In this document: positions 21,066-53,825 of the stretch, piece after piece
Layout of the letters: each line of letters starts with the position of its first letter
How positions within the stretch are numbered: the first letter of the stretch is position 1
Assembly (NCBI RefSeq): GCF_009914755.1
Contig: NC_060927.1
Source: the human T2T-CHM13v2.0 reference genome, Homo sapiens
Strand: one strand, 5' to 3'
Length of the DNA stretch: 64,000 nucleotides
Notes under the pieces: generated by a model
Seen by the model: the letters and a program-made list of their open reading frames with translations, nothing else
What the model was told of the DNA's origin: nothing
Database searches by the model: none
Translations under genes and position numbers: made by a program

Positions 21066-22363
21066 CTATTTCCAGCATCAGCCTTTCTGGCCTTGTCTTT
21101 TTTCTGTTTTTCTGGAGTACGAGGGGAGTTTGCATGCTGCCTCCTGGGTTTTATTCCAGCTAGCTGTAGCTTTCTTGCTGCCTACAGAGGCCTGGGGCAG
21201 GAGAGTTGCTAAGATGCCAGGGAGTGCCCATTTGGTCACTGGCAGTCTGGGCAGGTTACCCCTTTCTGGGTTTATGGTGACGGAGGGGAGGCCAAAAGGC
21301 ACAGAGCAGGCAGCTCCAGCCAGGTCCTGAGGATCCGCCTCACCACGGTCACGTGCCTTAGTAACTGTGCCCAGGAAGTGGCCTGCTGCTGCTTTTCCTA
21401 CTTCTGCCCTTCCCTGCCACCCCTCGCATGTCTCAGTTGACAAGCAATTTGTTGTCTTCCCTGGCCCCCTAGGGAAAGCGGTAAAAAACAGTCCATGTGC
21501 ACCCCAACCTTACTAGCCTAAGGTGGGCAAAGGAGTGTGAAGCAGCCTAGAGTACAGAGCCCTGGGGGAGGAGCCCGCTAATAAGGGGCGCTCTCCTGTA
21601 GCCATATATTAAATGCTAACTAGGCTAAGGTGGAGGAGCTCTGCCAGCTGCTGTCATCTTCAGAAGACAGACACAGCAGTAAGGAATGTTTGTTTTGCTT
21701 TTTTATAAAATGTTTAAAAACACTGTGGCTAAGAAACTTCAAAGCAGACCCTGTGCTGCATGTGTGCTCCTCCCCTAAGCCCCTCTGCTTGGGGGTGGTA
21801 AAAATAATAAAAAGAACATTTTCAGTACCTTACCTAACAGGGTTGGCTCCAGGCGTAGGTGGCCTAGAAGATAAGGGGAGTGGTTTTCTCCCAGCCTGTT
21901 ACTCTCTTGCCTCCAGCCTCCGCGCTTACACACACACTTTACCACCCTGTCATTCTCTAGCCTCTTACTGCCACTTGTAGTCTTCCTTCCTTCCTCTCAG
22001 GGTAAGGACAGCAACAAGTGGCAGGCTATTAAAAATAGAAGCTGCCTAAGGAGCCCAGAACGAATAAAAAGAAACCAGCCACAACCCTACTTTCCCGAGC
22101 TCACTTCTAAGACATTCCAGCTAAAGGCTGATGCAGGAAAATGGCCAACACCAAAGGACATTTTTTAAAGTTTTTTTTTTTTTTTTTCTGTTTTCTACAC
22201 ACTTAAGCTAACTCAATGCAGGTTTATTATCCTGGCGACTTGCAGTCACATTCTAATGACTTTCAAGGGCCAAAATATAGTAAAAATCACTTAAAATATC
22301 CATCCCTTCCATGCCTTAGTTTAACAGGTAGGCTTTATCTTTTGCCATTTCTGTATTTTATGT
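21065..22363 (+). other. Non-retroviral ~1.3 kb segment replacing CA-NC-PR-RT; candidate transduced cellular (3'UTR-like) sequence
   Basis: No retroviral motifs recognised in the ORF track or by eye; no terminal poly(A) or TSD. Lies directly between gag and the pol connection domain. Boundaries are approximate. Confidence 0.6.
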
Positions 22364-22371
22364 TATGTACC

Positions 22372-23339
22372 TGTAGGGGTGGGTTGCCCCTACACACCTG
22401 TGGGTGTTTCTCGTAAGGTGGGACGAGAGATTTGGAAAAGAAAAAGACACAGAGACAAAGTATAGAGAAAGAAAGAAGGGGACCCGGGGAACCAGCATTC
22501 AGCATATGGAGGATCCCGCCAGCCTCTGAGTTCCCTTAGTATTTATTGATCATCTGTGGGTGTTTCTCGAAGAGGGGGATGTGTCAGGGTCACAAGACAA
22601 TTGTGGGGAGAGGGTCAGCAGACAAACACGTGAACAAAGGTCTTTGCATCATAGACAAGGTAAAGGATTAAGTGCTGTGCTTTTAGATATGCATACACAT
22701 AAACATTTCAATGCTTTACAAAGCAGTATTGCTGCCCGCAGGTCCCACCTCCAGCCCTAAGGCGGTTTTTCCCTATCTCAGTAGATGGAGCATACAATCG
22801 GGTTTTATACCGAGACATTCCATTGCCCAGGGACGGGCAGGAGACAGATGCCTTCCTCTTGTCTCAACTGCAAGAGGCATGCCTTCCTCTTATACTAATC
22901 CTCCTCAGCACAGACCCTTTACGGGTGTCGGGCTGGGGGACGGTCAGGTCTTTCCCTTCCCACGAGGCCATATTTCAGACTATCACATGGGGAGAAACCT
23001 TGGACAATACCTGGCTTTCCTAGGCAGAGGTCCCTGCGGCCTTCCGCAGTTTTTGTGTCCCTGGGTACTTGAGATTAGGGAGTGGTGATGACTCTTAAGG
23101 AGCATGCTGCCTTCAAGCATCTGTTTAACAAAGCACATCTTGCACCGCCCTTAATCCATTTAACTCTGAGTTGACAGAGCACATGTTTCAGAGAGCACAG
23201 GGTTGGGGGTAAGGTTATAGATTAACAGAATCTCAAGGCAGAAGAATTTTTCTTAGTACATAACAAAATGGAGTCTCCTATGTCTACTTCTTTCTACACA
23301 GACACAGTAACAATCTGATCTCTCTTGCTTTTCCCCACA
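22372..23339 (-). repeat. HML-2 3' LTR (LTR5Hs), poly(A) signal at 22542-22547
   Basis: TGTGGGGAAAAG...CCCCTACA on the minus strand; direct repeat of 30584-31551. Confidence 0.96.
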
Positions 23340-23433
23340 TTTCCCCCTTTTCTTTTCGACAAAACCACCATCATCATCATGGCCCGTTCTCGATGGTCGC
23401 TGTCTCTTTGGAGCTGTTGGGTACACCTGCAGA
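23253..23433 (-). CDS. np9: Np9 coding exon 2 ([16 protein letters not shown]...RRLHFVMY*)
   Basis: Acceptor TTGTTAG|TCTGCAG. 44 nt (exon 1) + 181 nt = 74 aa plus stop, the known Np9 length. Confidence 0.9.
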
Positions 23434-24763
23434 CTAACAACAGACAAAACAGGCACACAGGGATTAATATGAGATTTATAATCGTAGTACTTCCAATGGT
23501 CTTAACCCAAGTGACAGGGTTAAGATTTTCGAGGCCATCAGCAACTCCTGCAATTGCCTCAGTTCCTGGCACCAAATTTAAATGGGCTTTTGATGCTTCG
23601 AAAATTTGTTCTTTTAATTTGGAAATGTCTAAAGTGAGATTATCTTCTCTTCCCTGTAGATGGTGTCTAACCATGTCCCAGTGATGCTCAGACTCATTAT
23701 AAATTTGGGGTGTAATACAAAAATCTGATGTATTCCAGTCACACTGTAACTGGAAACGATGTTCTAAGCTCATGAGCCTGTCTCCCATCCAAATGACAGT
23801 TTGTCTAAGATCATTAATTTGATTTGCCAATTTTTGATCAATACTAGATTGTGAATTCCACAATCTTGTAGAATTTTTTTGCCAATGATTAACAAAGTTT
23901 ACTGACTGAACAGAAGAGTGCAATGCAACTCCTGCTACAGCAGCCGTAGCTGTGACTGCAATTAATCCCATAATCACTGCAATTAAAGTAAAAATGAATC
24001 TTTTGGATCTATTTAAAACACCTTTTAATACTTCAGTCAAAATATGGACGGATGGTGAGGCCTCCCACGGTCGGTCCATGGACACAGGGATCCACACGCC
24101 CTCTCTTGCTCTCACCAGCAGAATACGGTGTTGCCAATTAAAAGTTGAATCAATGCAAGTAAGCAATCTACAATTTTCACAGGTTATAGTTTGAGAGTCT
24201 GGTTTAATAACTATATTTCCTACAACTAGCATATAAGGGGGCTTTACGCAACTTTGTAAAGGAACTGTTAGACTGGAATTTAGGTCGACAGTATAAAATG
24301 GCTTACGATCTCTTGTTTCTAAAGTTTGATTTCCAGACCAAATTCTAATGTGGTGTGAGGCCACAGTAAGCCTCCATAATTCTGGATGTTCAGGACCAGA
24401 AACAGGACTTATTATTTTTGGTCTTGGGGTAGAGATTCCTTTTTCTCCCCATTCCCAAGGGTAGAAAGACTGCAATTTTTTATGCTTATGTTTGTCTAAA
24501 CTTTCTGTTAAGTCGCTATCAACAGCTGGACTCACTTGTGCACTTGGACACGACTGAGTTTGTCCTGAGCAATTGTGGTAGAATTGACCTCGAGGTACCC
24601 AATCTATAATAGTTCCGAATTCATTGTTTTGTAATATCACCGCACTATTGGCCACACATTCTTCCCAAACTAAAACTTCTGTATTTTTTGATTCTTTGGG
24701 AATTTCCTTGGGGCAAGGTTTCCCTTTAGGTCTAAATTTTAATGATCTTTGATAAGAAAAGTC
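23294..24763 (-). pseudogene. env: HML-2 env remnant (SU C-terminal part + TM), open frame but no signal peptide or upstream start
   Basis: RSKR cleavage site, fusion peptide [41 protein letters not shown]. The TM helix contains a Pro (ILIPVCLF). The 5' end is removed by the type-1 deletion and a stop at 24764-24766. Confidence 0.9.
23340..23356 (-). other. HML-2 polypurine tract
   Basis: AAAAGAAAAGGGGGAAA abutting the 3' LTR. Confidence 0.9.
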
Positions 24764-30441
<5,678 letters not shown>

Positions 30442-30563
30442 TATCACCCTAGCTTCTTCCGAGTGCACAAGCTTACCGTAAGGCTGACTGTAGAAGTACT
30501 CGGGATCTCTCGTCGACTTGTCCTCAATGACCACGCTCGAGCGTACCTTCACCCTAGAGAAAA

Positions 30564-30581
30564 GCCCCACGTTGGGCGCCA
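30564..30581 (-). other. HML-2 PBS, exact complement of tRNA-Lys(CUU) 3' end
   Basis: TGGCGCCCAACGTGGGGC; the plus strand reads AGCCCCACGTTGGGCGCCA, the tRNA-Lys1,2 3' terminus. Confidence 0.9.
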
Positions 30582-30583
30582 GA

Positions 30584-31551
30584 TGTAGGGGTGGGTTGCC
30601 CCTACACACCTGTGGGTGTTTCTCGTAAGGTGGAACGAGAGATTTGGAAAAGAAAAAGACACAGAGACAAAGTATAGAGAAAGAAAGAAGGGGACCCGGG
30701 GAACCAGCGTTCAGCATATGGAGGATCCCGCCAGCCTCTGAGTTCCCTTAGTATTTATTGATCATCTGTGGGTGTTTCTCGAAGAGGGGGATGTGTCAGG
30801 GTCACAAGACAATTGTGGGGAGAGGGTCAGCAGACAAACACGTGAACAAAGGTCTTTGCATCATAGACAAGGTAAAGGATTAAGTGCTGTGCTTTTAGAT
30901 ATGCATACACATAAACATTTCAATGCTTTACAAAGCAGTATTGCTGCCCGCAGGTCCCACCTCCAGCCCTAAGGCGGTTTTTCCCTATCTCAGTAGATGG
31001 AGCATACAATCGGGTTTTATACCGAGACATTCCATTGCCCAGGGACAGGCAGGAGACAGATGCCTTCCTCTTGTCTCAACTGCAAGAGGCATGCCTTCTT
31101 CTTATACTAATCCTCCTCAGCACAGACCCTTTACGGGTGTCGGGCTGGGGGACGGTCAGGTCTTTCCCTTCCCACGAGGCCATATTTCAGACTATCACAT
31201 GGGGAGAAACCTTGGACAATACCTGGCTTTCCTAGGCAGAGGTCCCTGCGGCCTTCCGCAGTTTTTGTGTCCCTGGGTACTTGAGATTAGGGAGTGGTGA
31301 TGACTCTTAAGGAGCATGCTGCCTTCAAGCATCTGTTTAACAAAGCACATCTTGCACCGCCCTTAATCCATTTAACTCTGAGTTGACAGAGCACATGTTT
31401 CAGAGAGCACAGGGTTGGGGGTAAGGTTATAGATTAACAGAATCTCAAGGCAGAAGAATTTTTCTTAGTACATAACAAAATGGAGTCTCCTATGTCTACT
31501 TCTTTCTACACAGACACAGTAACAATCTGATCTCTCTTGCTTTTCCCCACA
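30584..31551 (-). promoter_or_regulatory. HML-2 5' LTR (LTR5Hs) promoter/enhancer
   Basis: TATAAAA at 31015-31021 (minus); octamer-like ATGCAAAG at 30854-30861; major splice donor ACG|GTAAGC downstream at 30477/30476. Confidence 0.93.
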
Positions 31552-31557
31552 TGTACC

Positions 31558-33165
<1,608 letters not shown>

Positions 33166-35159
33166 CTTGAGAACAAGACCTGTTGTTGGAGAACAAACTG
33201 ATAATGATGGTGATGATTCGGAAGCACCTGACATTACCTGGGGACAGCTAAAGAAATTGGATCAACAGGCATCTATTCGGCTTGCAGCCATGGAAGCCCC
33301 TGCAACTGCAGAAAATCGGTTTCTTATGTATCTGGCGGTAATTGGGGAAACTTCTGAGAAAGTAAGACAGACATGGATGTTGGGGTGGCTGGTAATTCTT
33401 GTCCTTTGTTAAGTGGGATCAGCTCAAGAACATGTTTATTTGAGTCATGTTCTAAATCCCCGTTTTTAATGTTATTACATGGTGGGATGCTGACCTGCCT
33501 TTGTCATCTAATGATATTTCTTGGACAGGAGGCCGATGGATGCCCCTGTGTTACCCCTTAACTGAAAATTTGGGATGGATTAAACTGAATGACTCCTTGA
33601 TTTTATTGTCTAGTAATTCCCTTCTTTGTTTTTCCACAATAGCACATAAATGTGTTACTCTCATCCCTCAGGAGTATCTTTACTATCAGCCTAAAAGGGA
33701 TGCTAAGCTTGCAAACTTGACCTTTATTTCTACTATTACCACTAATCTTATCAAGGTCTCTAATGAAGCTTCACAAGTGCCTGATCTTCCTATATGCCAT
33801 CCGAGTAGGGACTGGAGACATAAGTTTGAGGCCATCCAGTGGTTGCCGTGGAGACAGCCTACACCGTGTCAAGGGCCTCTGTTTGATAATGGCACCTTAC
33901 TTGATTGGGGTCCCCATGGAAATCTTATGTCTGCAAATCAGGCTATTAGACTTAGGAGTCCCTCCAATAGTTCTATTACCTAGTCAGAATGTGGGCTTTC
34001 AGGACCAATATTACAACTGAAAGGGAAACAATCTTTAAGCCCTGCTCATACCCAAATTTGGAGATTAGGATTTCTCTTTTTGAACCGGTTATTTCACTTG
34101 GTGAGTATATTACTAGCCGTGGCAACTATACCCTCTCTTTGCATAATAATGTTACTGACACAGTCCTGATTTGTACTATGCACCCTTATATACTTTTGTT
34201 TAGGCAGGGTGTTCCTAACATAGAGCAGAATCAATCATTTTATAGTATTAAAGTCTCTTCCAGTAGTTGGTATGCTGCATGCTTGTCTCACCGAAACGTT
34301 ACACAGTTGAATACAACCTGTCATGATCTTAAAATGGATTTTAAGATCCATTGGATCTTAAATTGGATCCACAATTGTGGAATTGTGGCTGCCTGTAAAT
34401 TTAACCCCGAGCTGGGAAGTAGATTCCACCCTGCAGCTATTTAGAAAAGCACTTCTCATACTCGAAAAAAAAGAGATTTCTGGCCACTTTAATTACCTTT
34501 TTAGTCTCAGCTATTATTATATTAGCAACTGCTGCTACTGCAGCTGTTTCTCTGGCAGAATCTATTCACACCGCCTCAGTGGTGAACCACATGGTATATA
34601 ATGTAACCCATGAATTTCAAGAACAGGTAAATATTGATAAAACTATTCTGTCTCGCCTGAAGGCTCTTGAAGCTTCTGTTATGTAGCTGGGGAATCTGCA
34701 GCAGGCATTCATTACCCGTCAAAATTTACACTGTGATTGGCAATATAATTCTATCTGTATCATACCCCTGCCATATAATAGCTTCCAATATAATTGGGAG
34801 AGAGTGAAAGCACATCTGCAAGGGGCTTATCACGACCATTTGTCTTCTCAGATTTCCACTCTTGAGTGTGAATTAAAGAAACGACTTGAAGAATGGTCGC
34901 AGTAATTACAAACAAGTACCCTTCAACAATTACAAGAAGGCTTTCAATGGTTAAACCCGAACACTTGGTTGTCTGGGTTAAATATACGCATTTGGATGAT
35001 GGCCGCTGTACTTATTCTTTTTTGTATCTGTTTGCTAGGCATTTGCAGAAGGTTCTGTGCTGCCACCCGATGCATCTATGACCAGGGAAGAATGATACCA
35101 GGGAAGAATTACATTGCATGGGATGACCAGCAAGCTCTAAGAATTAAAGAAGGGGGAGA
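33166..35159 (+). pseudogene. Old ERV env remnant (leader, SU, TM) ending in PPT AAAGAAGGGGGAGA
   Basis: Betaretroviral leader PDITWGQLKKL; basic cleavage site then FLATLITFLVSAIIILATAATAAVSL; CDWQYNSIC; hydrophobic anchor; several stops and frameshifts. Confidence 0.9.
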
Positions 35160-35870
<711 letters not shown>

Positions 35871-36365
35871 CTATAGGAGAACAGGGGGGAAAGCAATGAG
35901 ATACAGGGAATCCCAGACCCTGGAAGCATTGCAAAAGCCTCACGGAGGAGGTGCCCTTTGGTCTGGGTTCCAAAAACTAGGTAAGTGTTCATGAGGTACA
36001 GAAGGTGGGGGAAGGGCATTCCAGGCAAAGTGAAAAGACCAGGAGACATGAAGGCATGAAAGAAGTGCAGCTTAAGGGATTGGTGTGTATGAACAGGGAA
36101 ATGATAAAGTAATTTGAAGATAAGCTGTGAAGAACTTCATAGCCATGCTTAAGATATTGGATTTTACCTTCAAGGTGGTAGGAACCTGACCATCTTCTTG
36201 TTAACTCATTTATAAGTTAATATGTTTTATTATATAATAATACAAATGAATATAATAATACATAATATATACTATACTACATAATAAATATATCTATATG
36301 TTAACTTATTAACATTATTACACACACAGAAATTTTGGTCATTTATTACAAAACAAGAAGGAAAG

Positions 36366-45180
<8,815 letters not shown>

Positions 45181-45779
45181 TATAGTTGACAATTAACTAG
45201 AAGTGTGACATTGGAATTATAGAGGGAGAGTAACGAGACTCATTACTTACTAGCCCAGGGTAGGAGACATTAGTGGGCCGCAGGTTTCATCCTTAAATTT
45301 CTGTGAAGCCTTTCTTGAGGACATCTGCCCTTTCCTTCTCTCCCTCAGTGTGTGGTTTTCCTTTCTCTGGCTCCCACTGCACTCTGCACATACCTTTATC
45401 ACAGCAACCACTTACGGTGTATTGTAATTTGTAATTATCTATGTACATGTCTCCAAGTAGACTGACCTCAAGGGCGAGGGACTGGCGCTGGTACTCAGAC
45501 CCCGGGTTCAAGTTCCAGCCACGTCTCTAGCTAGTTTTGTGATCTTAGACAAATAACTTAATCGCTCTATGCCTCAATTTCCTTGACTTATAAAACTGGC
45601 TTAAGACTCTCTGTCACACGCCATTGCTGGGCATATTAAGGTGACAATGCGTGAAAAGTACGAGGCAAAAGGTAAGTGCAAAATAAAGGGCGCCTAAAAC
45701 GGTAAACGTGTGTTAATTAACCTGATCTACCTTTACATGTGCATTCAGCAAACACTGAGCACCTAATGTCCTCTGGGAC

Positions 45780-46560
45780 CCCGGAACGCCTCCTCCGGAG
45801 TGGAGCAGCCTCACATGTGGCCTGTGGGCCTTGTCCCACGGGCCGGCTCCGGATTGGCTCCGCCGAAGAGAAAACCCTGCCGACAGCCCTTCCGATCTCG
45901 TCAGCGATTGGGCCGGGACCGTCCCACAATTACTCTTGTTGCTGGGCTCGGAAATAGGGAGCGGTGCTAGGTTGCGCGTGCGCAGATTGAGAATGGAGCT
46001 TTCCGGTCGGGCGGGAGGAGGTGACGTCAGGAGTGGTGGCGGGCGGGGGCCTCTGGTAGCCCTGGGGACGCTGTATCTGTGGGCTCTTGAATCGCGTCAC
46101 AAATCAGCGACCGAACTCTGGCGGTGGTGGTTAAGACGGCGAAGGCGGCAGCGGCGGCGACAGCTCTGGGGTTTGCGTCTCGGGGTGTGTCGGCCGCCGC
46201 TGCTGCTTGGGCCTGGTATGTACAGATGGCTGGTTAGGATTCTCGGCACCATTTTCCGTTTCTGCGACCGGTCGGTGCCCCCTGCCCGGGCCCTCCTGAA
46301 GAGGCGGCGCTCAGACAGGTGAGACGAGAGGGGGCTGAGCGCCAGCCTGGCCTTACCCCCTCCCCCACAGCGGGCTCCTCGGCCGTGATAGCTTTGATTC
46401 AGCCAGGCTCACCCGAAACAGGTCGCCGGGATCCTAGTGACGTAGTCGCTCCCGCCAGGCTGTAGGGAGGCAGCTCCTGATGAAGGAGGAGCTGGTCGTC
46501 TTCGTAGCGGCCGGTGATGGCAGGGTCTTTGACATTCTTGTCAGAGGCCAAGCTGGTTGC
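45780..46560 (+). promoter_or_regulatory. SENP2: SENP2 CpG-island promoter
   Basis: High CpG density; NRF1-like TGCGCGTGCGCA 45973-45984; ETS-like TTCCGG ~46001; perfect CRE TGACGTCA 46022-46029; GC box ~46038-46049; inverted CCAAT motifs ~45853 and ~45907. Confidence 0.85.
46218..46318 (+). CDS. SENP2: SUMO-specific peptidase 2, coding exon 1 (MYRWLVRILGTIFRFCDRSVPPARALLKRRRSD)
   Basis: Known N-terminus; donor AG|GTGAGA, phase 2. Confidence 0.96.
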
Positions 46561-46891
46561 TGATAACAAATGGGGCTTTGCCGCTCTTAGGCTGAACACT
46601 AACATTGAAGGAATACTGTCTTTGTTGTGGCTCACTGTTTACAAAGCACCCTCGCAAGTGTCATCTGCAGACATTAAGTGCAGTTGAAGTGAGATTCATA
46701 GCTTGCCCAAAGCCGTTTTGACTGCAAGTACTGTCCTTGCAGCAAGAAACAGCACCTGTTTTGTTCCAAAACAGCTGTCAAACAGTCTGTGTGTTTGGGG
46801 CCAGAAGGGTTTTGTGCTTTAGAATTAGTGAATGAGTAAAAAGGCTTAGGTGCCTCACTCCTTTAAAACAATCACTAGTCTGTACTCTTAA

Positions 46892-47155
<264 letters not shown>

Positions 47156-47322
47156 TGAACTCCTGACCTCAAGTGATCCGCCCACCCCAGCCTTTGGAAG
47201 TGCTGGGACTGCAGGCATGAGCCACTGCACTCAGCCCCAAAAGCTATTCTTATTTAGCATCTACTCTTTGGAGTGTCCCATTTTATTGTATCGACCTCCT
47301 TACCTAAAAATCTGGAAAATAA

Positions 47323-48130
<808 letters not shown>

Positions 48131-49918
48131 TGAGCCACCGCGCCCGGCCCTCGCCCGACTAATTTTTTGTATTTTTTAGTAGAGACGGGGTTTCACCGTG
48201 TTAGCCAGGATGGTCTGGATCTCCTGACCTCGTGATCCACCCGCCTCGGCCTCCCAAAATGCTGGGACTACAGACGTGAGCCACCGGGCCCGGCCGTTAA
48301 TTTCATTTTTTAAATTAAGCCTCAATATCAAGAAAAGTGGAAGAAGTGTTCATTTGTGGGAGCTTGAGAGAACAAGATGTCTAATACATTAGTCTGAGAA
48401 TGCAGGTTATTGATGAGATTGGTTGTTGGCTAAATTGCATCGTGTGTTCCAGAGATACATGGTTTTGCCTTATTTTTCTCTCCTATCTTTCCGTTGGGTT
48501 GATATAAGGATCATTTGAGAACGTGGTGTAAAGTGCCTAAACTGATGCTTAATGTATATAAGGGTAGTATTTGTCTGTCCTACTCTGGGGCCTTTTGCAG
48601 AGTCTGGTGCATGATAAGCACTTGGTCCCTATTTATGGAATAAGGGAAAGCTAATTTCCTCTCCCTTGTCCTCTCCTTGATGTGAATCCCTGCTAGTCAG
48701 TGGAACATGGTTTGGCGATCAAAACCTTGATCTTTACTATACTTTAGGTGTTCACATCCTTAATCCAAAACAACACTTCTCAGTGTAAACCAATTTTCAG
48801 TCAAAATGAAGCCCGGCAGGGCTTGTTGGAATGTATAAAGTTATGAGCTGAATGGAATCCTGGGATCTCATTCTATTCATTTTTTTTTTTTGCATGTGTG
48901 AATATAATTGATCATAAGGGTTCAGAGAGATGATGAGTAATATACTATGACCCTTTAGCATTCTTGACATCTGGGTCCTGAAACTTTCCTCAATTCCAAA
49001 GTTCTTTATTACCATCATAATGTAGTTTGCGTGATAAAAATGAAGTTAAATATAACACTTGATTAAGATTTGTCTTTTTTAAGTTGTAGAACAGTTTTTT
49101 TTAACTCCCTTACACACACACAAAAGAAAAAACAGTAAAAAAGAATTGTCTTTTAAGGCTGTTCATATTAATACTGTCACCTAAAGTAAAAGATGGCTTT
49201 CTTTGGGGATCATTTTCAAAAGGAAATTGCTTGTTTGTTGTTTTTAAATCATTTCTGGAGCGAAAGAGAAAATACTGTCCTAAACTCTTACCTGGGTTCA
49301 TTTACTAGCTAAGTGACTTTGGCCAGTTTTAAGTTTGTACTTTAACCAGATGGCAAATTATTATTTGGTAAGAAGTTTGTTTCTCTCTCAAATAGTTGAA
49401 ACTGTAGCAGTAAGTCTTCGCATGTGAAAAGCCTACTATAGAATAGCATTCTCTCTTTTGTTTTGCTTTTATTTTTAGTTTTATTTCTTTTTAAAACAAG
49501 GTCTCACTCTTTTGATTAGGCTGGAGTGCAGTGGCATGACCTGGGCTCACTGCAGCCTTACTTCCTGGGCTCAAGTGATCCTCCTGCCTTAGTGTAGCTG
49601 GGACCACACTCACTTACCACCAAGGCTGGCTAATTTTTTATTTATTTTTTTATCGTAGAGATGAGGTCTTACTTTGTTGCCCAGGCTGATGTCAAACTCC
49701 AAGGCTCAAGCGATCCTCCCCCTTGGCCTCCCAAAGTGCTGGGATTACAGGCACGAGCCACTGTGTCCCACCAGCATTCTCTTTTAAAACATCAGTTGGA
49801 TCTCATTTTATGACAAAGTGATAGAAGGGGGATGTGTTATATGAATAGTAAGTTTACTTACAGAAATGAATGTGTGTGTAAATCTATATATATATATTTT
49901 TTTCTTTCTCTTTTTCAG

Positions 49919-49974
49919 CACTCTGTTTTCTACAGTGGACACTGATGAAATACCAGCCAAAAGACCAAGATTAG
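49919..49974 (+). CDS. SENP2: SENP2 exon 2 (S-TLFSTVDTDEIPAKRPRL)
   Basis: Polypyrimidine tract + CAG acceptor; G|GTACTG donor; frame continuous with exon 1. Confidence 0.95.
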
Positions 49975-50003
49975 GTACTGAATATAAATTTTAAAAATTT
50001 TTA

Positions 50004-50405
<402 letters not shown>

Positions 50406-50451
50406 TCAAACCTTTAATTCCAGCACTTCAGAGGCTGAGGTGGGAGGATCA

Positions 50452-50670
<219 letters not shown>

Positions 50671-50731
50671 TCAAAAAAAAAAAAAAAAAAAAAAAAGAAA
50701 GTCTCCTTTTTTTTTTTTTTTTTTTTTTTGA

Positions 50732-50890
<159 letters not shown>

Positions 50891-51109
50891 TAGTAGAGAT
50901 GGGGTTTCACCGTGTTAGCCAGGATGGTCTCCATCTCCTGACCTCGTGATCTGCCCGCCTCGGCCTCCCAAAGTGCTGGGGTTACAGGCGTGAGCCACCG
51001 CACCCAACCCAAGAAAGTCTCTTTCCTATCCCTTTCTTATCTTTTCTAGAGGTAACTACTGTTACCAGGGACTTGTCTAATCCTTGCAGGTAAATAAGCC
51101 TAGGTGTAG

Positions 51110-51280
<171 letters not shown>

Positions 51281-51814
51281 TGAGTAGCTGGGACTACAGG
51301 CGCCCGCCATCATGCCCGGCTAATTTTTTGTATTTTTAGTAGAGACGGGGTTTCACCATGTTAGCCAGGATAGTCTCAGTCTCCTGACTTCGTGATCCAC
51401 CTGCCTCAGCCTCCCAAAGTGCTGGGATTACAGGCGTGAGCCCCCGCGCCTGGCCCTACTTATTTTTAAGGAGGAAATGTTGTAAATGTTTCAAACTGAG
51501 GTGACTCTAGTTCAGATGGCTGAGGGAACCCATCTTTTCTATTTTTTTTTTTCGAGACAGGGTCTCATTCTGTCACCCAGGCTGGGATGCAGTGGCATAA
51601 TCATGGCTCACTGCAGCCTCCACCTCCCTGGGCCCAGGTGATCCTTCCATCTCAGCCTCCCAAGTAGTTGGTTGGGCCTACAGGCACGTTATCACACCTA
51701 GCTGATTTTTGTATTTTTTTTGTAGAAACAGGGTCTTGCCACATTGTCCAGGCTGAAAATAGGCAGCAGTGGCATTTTGAAAGAATACTCCTGTCTTTAA
51801 GAACCGGTAATATT

Positions 51815-51852
<38 letters not shown>

Positions 51853-51904
51853 AGACAGGATCTTGCTCTGTCTTGATCTTGTCATCAACAATTTTTTTTT
51901 TTAA

Positions 51905-52081
<177 letters not shown>

Positions 52082-52356
52082 TGAGTCTCCATATGTTGCC
52101 CAGGCTGATCTTGGAACTCCTGCCCTTCCAAAGTGCCGGGATTATGGATATGAGCCACTGTGCCCAGCCAAGTCTTTTACTTCAGTATATCTGAATGGAT
52201 AAAGAAAATAAAAGTAGATTAAAGGAAAAAGGCATAGTAAAATGCTATAATAATATATTCCTCTTTCTCAAAAATGATTATAAATTTGGGTCTACCTCCA
52301 GATGTGGTAATTGAGTGTGGACATATTTGTGTTAATATTTCGTTTAAATTCAGTGA

Positions 52357-52905
<549 letters not shown>

Positions 52906-53564
52906 TGAGTTAGTATGTTAGCCCAGGTCTTGAAGGATGGATAGGATATCAAAGGAGAGCAATAGGAAGGAAAAATATTCTAGGCAGAGGGAATAGTATG
53001 GGAAAGTTGTGTAAATTCAAGAAATAGTGAATAGAGCTCAGGGAAAAAAAATGGCTGAAGACAGGTAGATCAAATTATCGTTCTGTTTTGTTTTGTTTAG
53101 TTTTTTAATAGAGACAGGGTCTTGCTATATTGCTCAGGCTGATCTCGAACTCCTGGGCTTAATTAAGTGATCCTCTCACCTTGGCTTTCCAAAATGTTGG
53201 GATTACAGGCGTGAACCACCATCCCCGGCCAAGGATTTTCAAATGACAGGAATTTATACTAAATTCATTAGAACAGTATTTCCCAAAGCACAGGATAGAT
53301 ACCAATTTAGGAAATGATTTTAGGGGATTCAACATTCACAGCATTATGTAACATTTGAATGATGATTATGTACTAAGAAAGGTGTATCCTTTTCAGTTAT
53401 TTATTTGAGGTGCTCACATCCTGTTTATTTCACACAGAAAATCTTGATTTAATGCTAGTATATCTTCAATACTTGTCTAATATATGCTAATCTCCCATTT
53501 TTTAACAGGCCCAACTAGAACTTAGTATTATTGTGTTTTCATTTCTTTTTTTTTTTTTTTTTGA

Positions 53565-53825
<261 letters not shown>

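Noticed and set aside
22560-23088. Plus-strand ORFs duplicated at 30772-31300
   Set aside because: Antisense readings of the two LTRs; the duplication simply reflects LTR identity.
30563-30581. tRNA-Lys gene
   Set aside because: Only the 3' 18-19 nt are present; this is the retroviral PBS.
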